DNA of 64,000 nucleotides from Octopus vulgaris (Eukaryota). The stretch spans positions 74,648,001 to 74,712,000 of the forward strand of contig OX597815.1 of the NCBI GenBank assembly GCA_951406725.2, given 5' to 3'. The position numbers and the translations under genes are program-made. The notes under the pieces are model-generated. The model did not search any database, was not told the origin of the DNA, and was given only the letters and a program-made list of their open reading frames with translations. Shown piece by piece: positions 1 through 14,154 of this stretch (positions are counted from its first letter, which is position 1; each line of letters opens with the position of its first letter).

Positions 1-245
1 TATGTACATGTCACATCTGTGGGAGGTATACATAAGAGTTGAAAATACTGAAAAATATTTTCTGCAAAGTAATAATATAAAAACAGAAGATAGAAAAACT
101 TTTTGGTATTGTTTATTTATTATTACGTGTGCTTAATTTACTTATAGGAGTTATAAAATTGTACATGTAGTACAAAACTACTATTAGCAAATGAAACACG
201 TGTAATGGCGAATAAGTACAAAAAAATTTCCAAACTCCCGTTTTA

Positions 246-283
<38 letters not shown>

Positions 284-308
284 GCGCACGCGCGTACACA
301 TAATTATA

Positions 309-862
309 TTGGGTTGTCCGGAAAGTTTATGCCGATTTTTAAAGGAAAAAAAGGTCAATAAATACTTGCCATTACATTTTTAATCAACCAAATAAGAACC
401 ATTGTGTTGCACAATGCATCTCCATCTTTCCTTTAACTTCAAAATACCTTCTTCCCAGAATTGAGGTGGTTTCATGGCAAAGAATTCATAAAGGTATCAT
501 TTTACGTCATCCAAATAATTGAAATTTTTACCATTAAGATTATTCTGCAGAGACCTGTATATGTGGAAATCCGAAGGAGCAATATCTGGTGAATATGGAG
601 GGTGGGGTAACACATCCCAGTCGAGCTGCAGCAATTTTTGTCTGGTTCCCAAATCATCAAGTGCCGAAAATGAATTTTCTTATCTTCCATTTTACAGAAT
701 TAACACAGGTTATAGGAACATAAATCTTCTTCCACGAAAAGATAGCTTAAACTGTGCTCTAAATGGGTGTAGTCAAATCCTATTTTATGGACTCAACCAT
801 GTTCTAAAATAAATCGAAAGGTAAGCTGCTATAAATCGGCACGAACTTTCCGGACAACCCAA
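309..862 (-). mobile_element. Internally deleted mariner (MITE-like) with both TIRs
   Basis: TIR TTGGGTTGTCCGGAAAGT at 309 and its reverse complement ending 862, TA on both sides (307-308, 863-864). Minus strand encodes a mariner N-terminus (MEDKKIHFRHLM) joined to the C-terminal motif LPHPPYSPDIAPSDFH. Confidence 0.9.
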
Positions 863-1594
863 TATATGTATGTATATGTGTCTCCTGATAAGTGTTGGCG
901 CATATCCTTGTAACTGTGGCTTGGCAACGCTGATCGATAGGATTAGTACCAGGCTTAAGAAAAACAACTAAACATTGGGATCGATTTGTATTTTGTGTGT
1001 ATTTTGTTTACTTATTGGTTTATTTTAAATCTATCCTATTTAATTTTTGTATGTTTGCCGTTTTTCCTGAGTACATATCTATGCGTGCGTGTATCTATCT
1101 AACTACCTACATACCTACCTGTTTGTCTATCTTGTTCTCACGCCCTGCACACAGACACACACACACTCACACATCAAAGGTTAAGCAGAAAAGGGAAAAA
1201 TAGACGAAAACTGAGCGAAAACATAACGGACAAAAAAAAAGAGACAAAACCATGATAGAAGGAGCATTCGCAGCTGATTTTTCTCATTAGTTGGTTTCCG
1301 AGAGGTATTAGTGGTTTCGCGACTTTTGAAACCAAGACCACTGTTATCACGGGAGTGCCGGAGCATTAAGCTACAGGAAACGCTGACGAATGTATACGAG
1401 GACAGAACAAAATAACATTACGTGTACAGCATGCAAAATGATGACAAAGATATAACAAAAACGGAATGGTACATTACAATAGAAAATGCCTTTATGCTGT
1501 TCAATAAGCAAAAGGAATAATTATACGTATACAGTACTAATACAATACAATACTAACAGAAACAAACCTGTTCGGCTATCAAAACAGACGTATT

Positions 1595-1596
<2 letters not shown>

Positions 1597-1670
<74 letters not shown>

Positions 1671-1720
1671 CGTGTGTGTGTGTGTTCGTGCGCGTGCGTG
1701 TGTGTGTGTGTGTGTGTGTG
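1597..1720. repeat. (TG)n microsatellite
   Basis: Directly visible. Confidence 0.95.
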
Positions 1721-1984
1721 TATGTATTATGTATATATATAAATATTATTACAAATTTGGGATTTGTAATATTTATATATTAGAGTTTAGCTCCCTCCCC
1801 CATTCTGTTCCAATTAACAAAAAAAACAATCTATGCAAAATTTTAGCTCAGTGGAACAACTGCAAGGCGACCCTCATCGACCATGATATTTTAAAGTTTT
1901 GGCCCAGAAAATCATGATGGGTATACTGGGCTTCGTAAATTTTACCCCAGTGTCATTTTGATGACATGTACTGCTCTCTCACTC

Positions 1985-2223
<239 letters not shown>

Positions 2224-2225
<2 letters not shown>

Positions 2226-4140
2226 GGTGTAGACGTAATAGCAGAGGAACAAAGGATCAATTACTAATCGATAAGACTATCCTGACTGACTGCAAGAAGA
2301 GACATAAAAATGTGGCGATGGTATGGGTGAACTACAGGAAAGTATATGACATGGTCCCATACTCTTGGATTATTGAATGCCTTAAACTGTTTAAGGTCTC
2401 CCACAATATCCTGAAGTTAAAAGAAAGCTCAATGACAACGTGGCAAACTGAACTCACAGCATGGGGAGATAATCCGGGAGAGGTAATATCAAAAGAAGAA
2501 TCTTTCAAGGGGCCTGTCGCTTCTATTTGTTGTCTGCATACTGCCACTAACGAGCGTTTTAAGAAAGATGCGTATCGAGTACATGCTAGGCATGATGAAA
2601 GTAAACAACCTGTGGTTTATAGATGATCTCAAGCTATTCGCTAAGACTGAAAAAGAAATTGAGTTTGACGACAACTGTGCAGATGATTAGCAAGGATATT
2701 AGCATGGGATTTGGGATCGAGAATTGTGGTGTAATGATTCTCAAAAGGGGGAAAATCAGTAAAAACCATGGGATCAAGCTGGAAAGTGGCGAAACTATGA
2801 AAGAAGTCGGAGAGGAAGAATATATAAGTATCTGGGTATCATTGAAAGAGATAAGATAAATGGACACAAGATGAAAGAAATGTACAGGAAAGAGTATTTG
2901 AGGAGAACTCGACTTGTACTCCAATCGAAGCTAAATGGCCGCTATAATATCAGAGCAATTAACACGTAGACGATTGCTTTGATGAGATATGGGGCTGGAA
3001 TAATATCTTGGAAGAAGCATGAGTTACAAGAGATAGACCGTAGAACACGTAAATTAATGACAATGAACAGGGAATTACACCCCAAGAGTGATATGTTAAG
3101 ATTGTATGTAAAGAGGAAAGAAGGAGGACGGAGATTAGTGTGTTGTGAAAGTTGTGTAAAGGAAGAGGAGAATAGCTTGGCTTGGTATGTCAAGGGGAGT
3201 AAAGCGAAAATCCAGGGAACCTTAAAAGTGGAAGAAGTCGTAGATCCAACATAATTTAAGAAAGGCCAGAGAGAGCAGATGAAGAAAATTTGGCAGGACA
3301 AGAAAATTCAGTCAGTTCTTGGAGAATAAAGATGAGATTGATTGGAATAGAACCTGGAAATGGCTGCAGAAAGGAGACTTAAAAGGGCCCACTGAGGCAT
3401 TAGTGTACAGCACTCAAGAACAAGCTCTCAGAACAAATTATTCCAAATATCACATTGATAAAAGCCACATTGTAGGATGTACTCTGAGAAGGGAGAAAGT
3501 ATAAGCCATATGATTAGTGAGAGCAGTAAGCTCGCACAACGCAAATACAGAAAGGAGACACGACAATGTGGCTTGATATGTCCACTGGCTGTTGTGCTGT
3601 AAAGCAAACCCCGAGAGAGCTAAACAATGGTATGAACACATGCCAGAAGGAGTAATAGAAAATGAATATTACAAAATACTCTGGAACTTTAAAATGCAGT
3701 GCGACCAAGTCATATAGGCGAGGCGACCAGTTATCGTGCTCATCCATAAAAATGAAAAAGAAGTAAAGATAATAGATGTTGCAATACCAGGCGATTCGAG
3801 GGTGAAATGTAAGGAAACAGAAAAGATTGAGAAATACCAGCCACTGCGGGGCGAGATAGGAAAGTTATAGGGCATGAGGAAAGTAATGGTGAGATCGGTG
3901 GTAATTGGAACATTAGGAGCAGTTTCCAAGGGCTTTGAAAAACATAGAATATTGGAGCAACTGTCAGGCTCGAGGTGACCCAGAAGACAGCATTTTTGGT
4001 TACAGCTCGCATTCTAGGGGGAGTATTGTCTCTTTGAGCCACAGGAGAAGGCACTACTTGAAACCTTTGGTAATTTGTTATTGCCTGCTTTCAAGTAAAG
4101 AATAACCGATAATTAAGAACTATCCGAAAGTCTTTCAGAA
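2224..4140 (+). mobile_element. 5'-truncated, frameshifted Dong/R4-clade non-LTR retrotransposon (RT + restriction-like endonuclease)
   Basis: RT motifs [36 protein letters not shown] and [14 protein letters not shown] motifs RRHDNVA, ILWNF, ARRP, IIDVAIP and EKIEKY. Flanked by AAT repeats. Confidence 0.88.
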
Positions 4141-4159
4141 TAACAATAAGAATAACAAC

Positions 4160-4550
<391 letters not shown>

Positions 4551-4578
4551 AATGTGGTGTATGTTTAATCGTTTAGTT

Positions 4579-5558
4579 TTAAATGTCAATAGGAATCCAA
4601 TCTAAAGGGAAATAGTCACGTGTATGAGAACTAAATTTAGTTTCGAGGTAAGTATTTTTCTCGAATGGATGTGGATAATAGACTGTTTGACCATTAGCCA
4701 GCCAAGCTGACCACCAGCTAAAGCTTCCCACAGAAATAATGCTATGATTACACATTGATAATACAGCAAAGTCTATATAAAATGCTTCGTGCACATAATA
4801 AGTAGATTTGTGCCCAAGATTTTTTGTGCTCCATTCAATATCGTCTGTGCAGACGATAAATATATAATTTGTGAACTGCTTCCGATAATATTCCATAGCG
4901 TTTTCAAAATATAGTGCTGGTGCAGTTTTGTATCCTAATTTTACGTTTCTTTCTTTCAAGAAATCGCCTCTTCGAATATGAATACCAACGTATGTCATGG
5001 AGTTGTTATTTGTTAGTGAATATTTTTGGTGATGAAACTGGGTTATATTCCTCAGAATATTTTGTGCCTCATCGCGTATTTTTGATTGAAAAGTAAACAT
5101 AGTTCGAATTTCTGGTTCAACGGAGAAAAAATATAACCAAGATTGGAAATAACCATACATCAAATAATCTTTATTGTTCGGGTATTTCAAAACGACATTA
5201 CTGAAGCTGCAATGTTTCACATCTGTAATAAAATTTTCTGGACATGATATATTCACCAGCAAAGATTCTATCTTGAAGATTTCTTTCAAATGCTTCAGGT
5301 GTTGACTGTATTTTAAAGTGAAATGCATATCTTTTGCTCTAGCAATACCGAAAACCGAGGCGATCTGGAAGAGATTATTTCCTAGACGTCCTGAAAGCTT
5401 AAGGCATAATGTTTTCTTTTCTGGAACTATATGACGGTCACTTTGAGGCAAACACCGTGGGCAACTTACATTTGTTAGGTTGAGACAGCGTATGGACTTT
5501 TCGACAGAGTCCTTATGAGGAAATCCATAAGAAATAAGCATAACTGCTATAAAACCAG
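4579..5558 (-). CDS. Alpha-1,2-fucosyltransferase, glycosyltransferase family 11 (FUT1/FUT2-like), coding exon 2
   Basis: GT11 motifs GRLGNNLFQIAS, GYFQSWLYF, VGIHIRRGDF (HxRRxD) and DFAVLSMCNHSIISVGSFSWWSAWL. Acceptor TCTCCCCTACAG ends at 5559 (phase 1); TAA at 4581-4579. Confidence 0.95.
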
Positions 5559-6064
5559 CTGTAGGGGAGAATAAAATAAAAAGCAAAAACATATAAATAT
5601 ATACATATCCTACATACAAACAAACACACACACGTTCACACACTCACATAGCTATTTCTCTCCTCTCTATCCTCTCCTTCTCTCTTTATACATATTTATA
5701 TATATTAACTTGTCTTTCCTTCTTTACTTTTTGTCTCTCATTCCATCAACATGCTTAATCATAAATCTCTCCTTCTCTACCTACACCTCTGTCATCACAC
5801 TTGCCACCCACGCCTCAGTCCAGCTTCCTCTTCTGGTCACGTCAGCATGCCTTGACCTATTTCTTTATTACCCACTAGGGGCACGTCAGCATGCCTTGAC
5901 CGTTCAACTCAGACACGTTATTTCTTCCCATCTTTTCTTTTTTCCTCATCTATCCTTTCTGTGGAGCGTTCCGTTAAGGACTTCTATTTCTCATGATCGT
6001 CAACTTAATACAACCTATTTGTTTTTTCTCCTCATCTTTGTTTTCTTTATTTTGGGAATATATA

Positions 6065-6245
6065 CAGGGTGCGATGGTTAAATTGTCGCCATTTTATATT
6101 TCCGCTTTCGCGCATACGTATTGTTTGTTTTTGATTTTGTCGACTACATAGTATGGTAGGGTCAGTTCGGCACGGGCTGTGAGAAAACCCGCACCATGAC
6201 GCAATTCCCTCTGCCAGAAATTTGGAAACGACATGCTATACTGCT
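6065..6245 (+). mobile_element. Tc1/mariner-type terminal fragment
   Basis: TA|CAGGGTG terminus; no partner TIR found. Confidence 0.5.
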
Positions 6246-6259
6246 TCCAAAGAAGCTGT

Positions 6260-6990
6260 AAAGTAACAGCAACATTGACAACCAGAGCAGTCTATCCTGG
6301 ACTAACAACGAAAGTATTAGTTCTTAGTTTGAAGGATATGATTTTGCAATAAAGTAGCAGGAAAGCGAAAAACATACCTGATGCACCAAAGAAATAGGAA
6401 TGATGATAAACTAGCTAGGTACGATTTTCTGGAATCAACATTATTGACGACATCCGATATATAGCTTTCCGAAAATGTCTTCAAACTATTACCTACCTAC
6501 AAGATTTAATGTTGTGGTTAGAATGCTATATAATGCAATTTGTAGAAAGGATAAATCTGAGGAAAAAAGCTATAATGTTGTAAGGACGTAACTACACATA
6601 ATTCGAAAGAATACTGGTGGAGGGTCCCTGTCAAGACTTCAATAAAAAGCAAGTATAACATATTTGATATAATAAGCTGGGTCAAGAAAGAAATTATGCA
6701 CTACAGTTGAAATAAGTTCCTTGGAAAATGTTAAATGTTAGTGAAAAGGAGAATATATATGCTGAACTGATTAAAAATCTGCATGTACTCTATCCAGAGT
6801 GTAGCTTTAGGTTTCTACCATTTGGAACACTCGGCTGCGTGACTAACAAGCATTATTACTAGTCTTGAGAAACTGGGATTCACAAAATTAGAAAGAATAG
6901 CTCTAATCAGAAGATTACGACTATAAGCTGTGAATGGAACTGTCAGAATCTGTAAAACATACATTACGTTCAGTATATGATAAGACTCAC
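6260..6990 (+). mobile_element. Degenerate 3' fragment of an RLE-type (R4-like) LINE
   Basis: Decayed PKMSSNYYLPTRFNVVVRMLYNAI (RHD/N region), EYWW and terminal GTVRICKT; many stops. Confidence 0.55.
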
Positions 6991-6997
6991 ATACACA

Positions 6998-7050
<53 letters not shown>

Positions 7051-7371
7051 AGTATACATTCTTACATGCATACATGTACGCTTGGGCACATATATGTAAT
7101 TGTATACATTCATACATACATACATACAAACAAACATACATACATACATACATACATACATACATACATACATACATACATAATGCATACATACATAATA
7201 CATACATACATAATACATACATACATACATACATACATACATACATACATACATAATGCATACATACTATTTGATGTCTAAATTCCTTGTGAAAGAGTCT
7301 TGTTTCTAGGCGAGAAACTGTTTTTTTTTTACCATTGGCGAAATATTAAAAAATATATAACGAAGGACTTA

Positions 7372-8267
7372 CGAGGTGCATTCCAGAATTTTTGAGATCT
7401 TTTGAAGCGAGGCAATTATAACTCTCCTAGATTATTGTAACTTTAGTATATCATTACTATACATTTAATAAGCTGAACTGCCAACTTTTGTCATTCCAGA
7501 TTGAAGAAGATGGCTGTATAACAGCACTTTGAACAATCTCTGCTAAATATTGCTTATCACAGCTGACTTGTTTGCAGAAGGCAGTCTGGATGTGAAGACA
7601 ATTTGGAAACTCGCTTTGCAATAAAGTTTTGTCTTAAACTCGGCATAAATGCTACAGAAACTTATGAAATGTTCCAAACTGCTAATGGACAAACTTGTAT
7701 GAGCTGAGCTCTTATTTTTCTCTGACACAGGAGGACAAGTAAAGCAAGTCATGGTGATCCCCTTTTTCGACAGTAAAAGTGCCATCCACATTCGCTGGGT
7801 TCCTTCTGCCCAAACGGTCGACAAAGAGTACTTTGTGGAAGTTTTGAGGGAATTCAGGAAGAAATTTCGTCGCAAAAGGCTAAGGCACCTACACCAGGAC
7901 ATTGTATCAGTCCATAATTCCATCCTGGTAACCAACTACTTGATAGAGTTGGGCTTCAGAACTGTCCCTCACCCTCCTTGCAGTCTTGACTATGCTCCCC
8001 GTAACTTTTGGTTATCTCCGCTCTGAAAGAGAAAGATAAAGGAAACTGTAACAAAGGCCTTGGATACCTTGACTACAGAGGGATTCCATGGGTCCTTCAT
8101 AATGTAGTTGGAGTGATACAAGTGCATTCAAGTCAGAAGATGCAACTCTGAAGGCGATTAGACTCTAATCATAGAATTACAAAACTCTAATTTAGAGTTT
8201 TGTAGTTGTATGAAATTGGTAAATGTTGTCTCCTGAAAACGTCTCAAAACTTCTAGGAGACACCTTG
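7372..8267 (+). mobile_element. Decayed mariner element
   Basis: Imperfect TIRs TA|CGAGGTG...CACCTTG|TA. Transposase remnants KVMVIPFFD, QTVDKEYFVEVL and HPPCSLDYAPRNFWL (YSPDLAP motif). Confidence 0.85.
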
Positions 8268-8274
8268 TACATAC

Positions 8275-8592
8275 ATGCATGCATGTATGCATACCTACCT
8301 ACCTACCTACCTACCTACCTACCTACCTACCTACCTACCTACCTACCTACCTAACTACCGACCGACCTACCTACCTACCTACCGACAGACCGACCGACCT
8401 ACCTACCTACCTACCTACATACATACCTACCTACCTACCTACCTACCTACCTACATAGATACATAAATACAAACACATGCATACATACATACATACATAC
8501 ATACATACATACATACATACATACATACATACATACATACATACATACATACATTCAGGCATACATACATACATACATTCAGGCATACATAT
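8275..8592. repeat. (CTAC)n/(CATA)n microsatellites
   Basis: Directly visible. Confidence 0.9.
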
Positions 8593-8684
8593 ATGCGATG
8601 GCGCGCTACACCGCATATCCTACATCTTCCATGCTGAACAAATAAAAATGACCATATTTGACGTAATTGAAATAATGTTCTTAC

Positions 8685-8733
8685 CTGGAATAAATTTTAA
8701 TAATTTTTTGAAGCAGTATCTATAGTTCTTCAT
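8685..8733 (-). CDS. GT11 fucosyltransferase coding exon 1 (MKNYRYCFKKLLKFIP)
   Basis: ATG at 8733 with an in-frame TAG 3 codons upstream. 49-nt exon ends CCAG|GTAAGA (phase 1), matching the phase-1 acceptor at 5559. Together they give a basic tail plus hydrophobic anchor LLKFIPAGFIAVMLISYGF (type II Golgi topology). Confidence 0.8.
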
Positions 8734-9173
8734 TTTACTCTAGAGGAGATATGAAGCGTCTCATTAGTGTATTGCCTCTTGAAGTCCAGAAGTATTAGTT
8801 GTGTCCATCTCACTACGTATTTCTCGTTTTCTCCATATGGTACATTGCAAATAGAACAAGAAAAAATACCAATACATCGATTACACAATCTACATGTTTA
8901 CTGTTGAAATACAGTTTACGATTTATTTTAGAAATGAAAAGAGAAAATAAAACACTTCTATCTTAAATAAATCATTCTATTGCAAACTATCATTATTTAT
9001 ATCTACGCAAGTAAAAGGACCAATATTACATTTTCTGTCAGCTGATTTTATGTATATTTTTAAATCTCTCTCTGTCCCTCCCTCTGTATAAATAACAATG
9101 GATAGATTTCGATTATACTAAATGAATAAGCAGCAGTGTTTCAAGAGAAAACAGCTGAGTTTTACCCTAAACA

Positions 9174-9268
<95 letters not shown>

Positions 9269-9271
9269 GTA

Positions 9272-9334
<63 letters not shown>

Positions 9335-9399
9335 CTATATATATATATACATATATATATATTCATATTTATATTTATGTATGTATATATATATATATT

Positions 9400-10435
9400 T
9401 TTGTAAAAAATGAAGTTCGAAAATGCTGCTGTATTATACAATTTTTAATTTTTATATATACATTATAACATGTTTCAGTTCCTGAAATGAACCTTATCAA
9501 AAAAAGTTATATATAAAAAAAGATACCTCATGCCGTCAAACACAAGAAATTCATTTATAATACACAACGGAGTCAGACATCTTAGAGTTCATGTATAGTT
9601 GATATATAGTTCATGTATAGTTGATATATAGTTTGAAGTATATGTTCAAAGTGTCCGATGCAGTGGCCCACGGTGGCGATACGTATTCAATACAAAAAAC
9701 AGATCAAAGTGGTGGAAAGCGGTCAATACAGAAGATTGATGTTTCCGAAAGAGCGAGGGATTCATTTTTACCTTAAGCAATTGTGATGACCCATGGTGGA
9801 TGTTCGCTGGGTGGTTCTAGTGAGTTTTGTGAAGTGCTCGGTTTTATAATGCCTGTTAGGTGGTCAATCCAGCGTAGCGTGACGTCATCAACGTTTTGAC
9901 CAATCGTTTCGTTAGGTGGCTTTAGTCAAGCAGAACGGGACGTCATCATTATTTTGACCAATCGCTGCATTATAACTGCCTCTTGTTTGTTTCCTGTTTT
10001 GACCAGTCGCTTCGTTAGTCATCCAGATTCTGCCCAATCACGACTTATAGCTACATTAGATCTGCACCTTGTCTGTACTTGTTAGGTGACTAGTCAAGCA
10101 GAAAAGGACGTCATCAATATTCTGACTAATGACTGTCCCCTGTTTGTATCCTGTCCATTCTAGCAGAGCTAGACGTCATCAACTTGTTGACCAATCAGAA
10201 TCGGGTCTGACCCTTAGCTGTATCGTATGTATCAGGGTCAGATTTGCACGAATACTGTTGTGTCTGGGGAGAGTTATTTTCCCAGACTTATTAGAATAAG
10301 AAAAAAATGGAAATTTTACCGGTGTGTGTGTTACATTATAAGGCACAAAAAGAAAATGACTCTCCCCAGACACAACAGAATATGCTTCAACACACGAACT
10401 CATATAAAGAATCTTGCAAACTAAATCCAAAAACG

Positions 10436-10438
<3 letters not shown>
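9400..10438. mobile_element. Non-coding Penelope-like remnants between (TA)n tracts
   Basis: Degenerate hammerhead-like motif on the minus strand at about 9465-9500 (TGATAA GGTTC..GAACT GAAACATGT). Short inverted pair 10255-10275/10358-10379. Terminal sequence is shared with 16912-17111. Confidence 0.55.
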
Positions 10439-10479
<41 letters not shown>

Positions 10480-10483
<4 letters not shown>

Positions 10484-11755
10484 CGGCGGAGTGCAACCCG
10501 AGCGACGAGAGGCTGCTAAGAATCACAGGTTCCCGAGGACCGTCATGGAACAGGACCAACCTTGCCATATGCACCTACAACTGCAGGTCCTTGGCAGGGT
10601 GGCAAGAACTGAACCACCTAATGGAGGAGAAGAAGAAGATCAGGTGCGACGTGTTAGGGCTGTGCGAGACACGATGGAAGAAGGAAGCGAGTATACGATG
10701 GCAAGATGGATGCACTGTGAGATTAGGGAGAGCAGAAGGTGCTAGATCGGTCGGAGGCATCGGATTCATCGTAAGTAAGGAATGGACTTCGAGGGTCGCT
10801 TCTTGCCAGTTCATATCATCACGGATTGGTGTACTGAATGTGAACCTCTCAGAGAAGGCCACCCTCAAGATTGTCCAGACCTATGCTCCCACAAGTGCTA
10901 GCGACGACGACGAGGTGGAAGAATTCTATCGACAACTAGACAAAGGGCTGGCTGTGAAGTCCACTTACACTGTCGTGATGGGAGACTTCATCGCAAAGGT
11001 TGGACATGGACGACAAGGAGAGGAGTATGTCGGAAGATTCAGCATGGGAGAGAGAAACGAGAGAGAAGAACGTTTGGCTACCATGGCAGAGGCGAGGCGA
11101 CTCTACATCGGAAACAGCCTATTCGGGAAGAGGGAGAGGAAGAGATGGACCTGGATATCGCCGAACTCTAAACACCGAAGCGAGATCGATTACATCCTGG
11201 TTGATAAGCAACGCATATTACATGATGTCTCCGTCGTGACGCCATTCAACACCGGCAGCGATCATCGTCTGATGAGGGCGAGGGTCGTCTTCGACGGGAA
11301 GAAGAAGAAGATGGCGCTGTATTTGGCGTCGAAGGGAAAACGTGTCCGAGTCTACAACGAGGTAAAGCTGCAGGAAGCCATCATGCAGGAAAACTGGTGC
11401 CAAGGAGACGGTATAGACGATGACTACAACTCACTGATAGGGAAACTGAAGGAGTGTTTAAGGAAGGCTAAGAGAGTATGTCTAAGAGAAAAGAAGGGAA
11501 GAATCTCGGAAGAAACTACGAAGTTACTCGAGAAGAGGAAAAATATGAAGAGGACTATTGAAGATCACCTTGAATATTCCCTTCTCAGCAGAGTGATTCG
11601 TCAGCAACTAAAGAAAGACTTTGAAGCATACTGGATGGAGAAGCTCTTGAAGGCCGCAGAGGAAAAGAAGAGCCTCAAGAAATGCAAGAGGGACATGGTA
11701 CTATATAGATCGTAGGTGACGGCCCTGAAGAATACAGAAGGAATACCGGTCAACG
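10480..11755 (+). mobile_element. RTE-clade LINE, 5' part (apurinic-endonuclease domain), lacking RT
   Basis: APE motifs CTYNCRSL, DVLGLCETR, IVQTYAPTS, VVMGDF, WTWISPN, EIDYIL and SDHRL. A single TAG at 11713 is followed by an in-frame continuation (VTALKNTEG). Bounded by (TA)n on both sides. Confidence 0.92.
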
Positions 11756-11919
11756 ATATATATATATATTTCTTGCCTAATGCGAGCCCGGAGCAATCTC
11801 ATATCTCTTACATTATTTCAGTATTTTGTGTCAAAAGTGAAACAATAACATCTCTATTGTAATGTGAGATAATACTTTCAGTTTTAATAGTGAAACTATA
11901 AATACTTTCACTGGGCTCA

Positions 11920-12562
11920 ACTCCCCTCCCTTCTTCACTAACCCTCCTCCCCTCTCTTCTCTTCCTCTCACACTTACTTCCTCCCACCCACCTCTCCTCT
12001 CTTGCTCTGGCACCTACTTTCTCTCTTCAGTCCTACCCACCTTCTCCCTTCCACCCTCTCCCTTCATCGTCACCCTCCCTCGTTACCGCACCCTATACAT
12101 TCCAACCCCACCATCCCTATACATCTCATCCCACCCCACCCATCCCTTACACCACACCCTTGCTTTCCCCACTCTTGCCTCCCCCACACCACACACCACC
12201 AGACTACACCACCACACCATACACTACCACAGCACACACCACCATACCACACCACACCACATCACACCACCCCGCACACACTAGCACTGACCACTTCCCA
12301 GCACCCACACCACCACTTTATTATATCCCCTTCTTCCTAGCTCGCCTGTGTGACCGCTCTGTCCGGCCTTCGCCATGATAGATCGCTAGCCACTAAACCT
12401 TTTTCTATTTTCTCTCCCTGTTTATTTCTGTGTTCTTTTCTGTCGAAGAGCGTAGGCTCGAATCGTAAAAGACTTTCTCACTTCTCGAGCGTTAAACTAA
12501 TACATCTGTTTGTTATTTACACACCCGCCACCATCTTTTGTTTGTTTGTTTTTTGTAATTTC

Positions 12563-12567
<5 letters not shown>
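11920..12567 (+). mobile_element. PLE 3' terminal (pLTR-like) fragment with degenerate hammerhead
   Basis: CTGTCGA-A-GAGC-GTAG-GCTC-GAATCGT at about 12440-12467; same family as 38590-38798; ends in (TA)n. Confidence 0.6.
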
Positions 12568-12655
<88 letters not shown>

Positions 12656-12699
12656 ATATATTAGTTTCATTTCTATTACTTTCACTATGATATATTTAT

Positions 12700-13235
12700 G
12701 TATTTCAGATATCAACAGAAAAAAGGTAATTAAATTTCATTAAAATTACAGATCTATCGGACTTCGAAAGAGGTCAAATCGTTGGTGCTTGTATGGCTGG
12801 CGCTAGCGTAACGAAAACAGCTTATATGTTTGTTGTATTATGAAGTACTGTCTCGAAAGTTATGACAGCCTTTGAGAAAGAGGGAAAAACCTCGTCGAAA
12901 CAAAACTCCGGAAGAAGACCCAAACTTTCAGATAGGGAAGGTCAGACTCTTACGCGAATTGTTAGAAAAGATCACAAAAGTACAGCTTCCAAAATTACTG
13001 TAGTGCTTAACGACCACCTCGAGAATCCAGTTTCCACAAAATCTTCGCCGGGAGCTGCACAAAACCGGATTTTACGCGAGGGCTGCAATCAGAAAACCAT
13101 TACTTTCAAAAAGCGTTTAGTGTGGTGTAATTGGTCCCTAGAGCAGTGGAAGAATGTTATTTTCTCGGACGAGTCATCCTTTATTTCCGTCCTCCGGCTG
13201 AGCATACGTGTGGAGACAGCCAAAAGAAGCTGTCC
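12700..13235 (+). mobile_element. Tc1-like transposase fragment
   Basis: DLSDFERGQIVGACMAGASVTKTA, SGRRPKLSDR and WKNVIFSDES. Second copy at 62370-63015. Confidence 0.9.
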
Positions 13236-13687
13236 GCTCCCCATTATACTATTCACACGACGGTAGTTAAACGTACACACTCTGTATAAAACACATCTAG
13301 ATGCTACAAGTTATTTTTTTTAACACAACTAAAACAGACGTACATTTACACCGCTGCCACTTGTATATTGTGTTCAAATCATTTTATTGTTTTGAGGTGT
13401 CTTGATTGCTTGTGATACATCTGTATCATCAGCATAGCTGGTGAGACTGAAGGCAGGTCTGACAGAGCCACCACGAACAACAGTGATCCCAGTACAACTC
13501 CCTGAGAAATTTGCTAAGTATTCACGTCTCCTCGGAGAGAAAGCCATTGACTGAAACTGCCTGACTCCTATCTTTTAAAAAGTCATGCAGCTATTTTCTT
13601 AGTTTACCAACATTACGAAGGTGTTGTGAGCGCCCTTGTCGGAGAAATACTACATCCACTCTTAGAAGGCAGGTGAGTGTGTATGAA

Positions 13688-13760
<73 letters not shown>

Positions 13761-13882
13761 AAAGTTCAATTTATCCTTTACTTTGGAGGGTTCCAAAGGG
13801 GTGATTTCTAACAAAGATTCTTCATATTTCGTTGGTAGCTTACTGGTGTAAGATTTTTGCGAATATAAAATTATTACATGTA

Positions 13883-14022
13883 TATGTTATGTGATGAGAA
13901 GTTATGGAAAGGAATCGCATAGAAACCCAACAGACTGTTAAAGATGGAAACCGTTCTCCGTCTTTAACAGTCTGTTGAGTTTCTATGGGATACCTTTCCA
14001 CAAATTCTCATCATATACCATA
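13883..14022. repeat. Imperfect fold-back (about 64-bp arms) abutting (TA)n
   Basis: CAACAGACTGTTAAAGATGGA versus TCCGTCTTTAACAGTCTGTTG, with pairing continuing outward. Confidence 0.85.
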
Positions 14023-14154
14023 TATATATATATATATATATAGAAATTCGGGGTGAGTACTTGATAATTATAAGCACCTGTGTATACCGTTTGGTGGTGT
14101 AGGTGGTGGAGTAAATTGATCAAAATAAAATAAAAACATGATGCGAAGGACTCA

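Noticed and set aside
4579-5558. Bacterial horizontal origin of the GT11 gene
   Set aside because: It has an intron, a type II anchor and animal-like motif spacing; GT11 genes are ordinary in invertebrates.
5559-5643. ORF-track N-terminus of the fucosyltransferase (MCERVCVC... or MFLLFILFS)
   Set aside because: It lies in a polypyrimidine tract ending in a strong acceptor; a better in-phase upstream exon exists. An intronless start at the internal Met cannot be fully excluded.
13888-13930. TGATGA...GAAAC hammerhead-like motif in the first hairpin
   Set aside because: It lacks the initial C, spacing to stem II is wrong, and no stem I/III closure was found.
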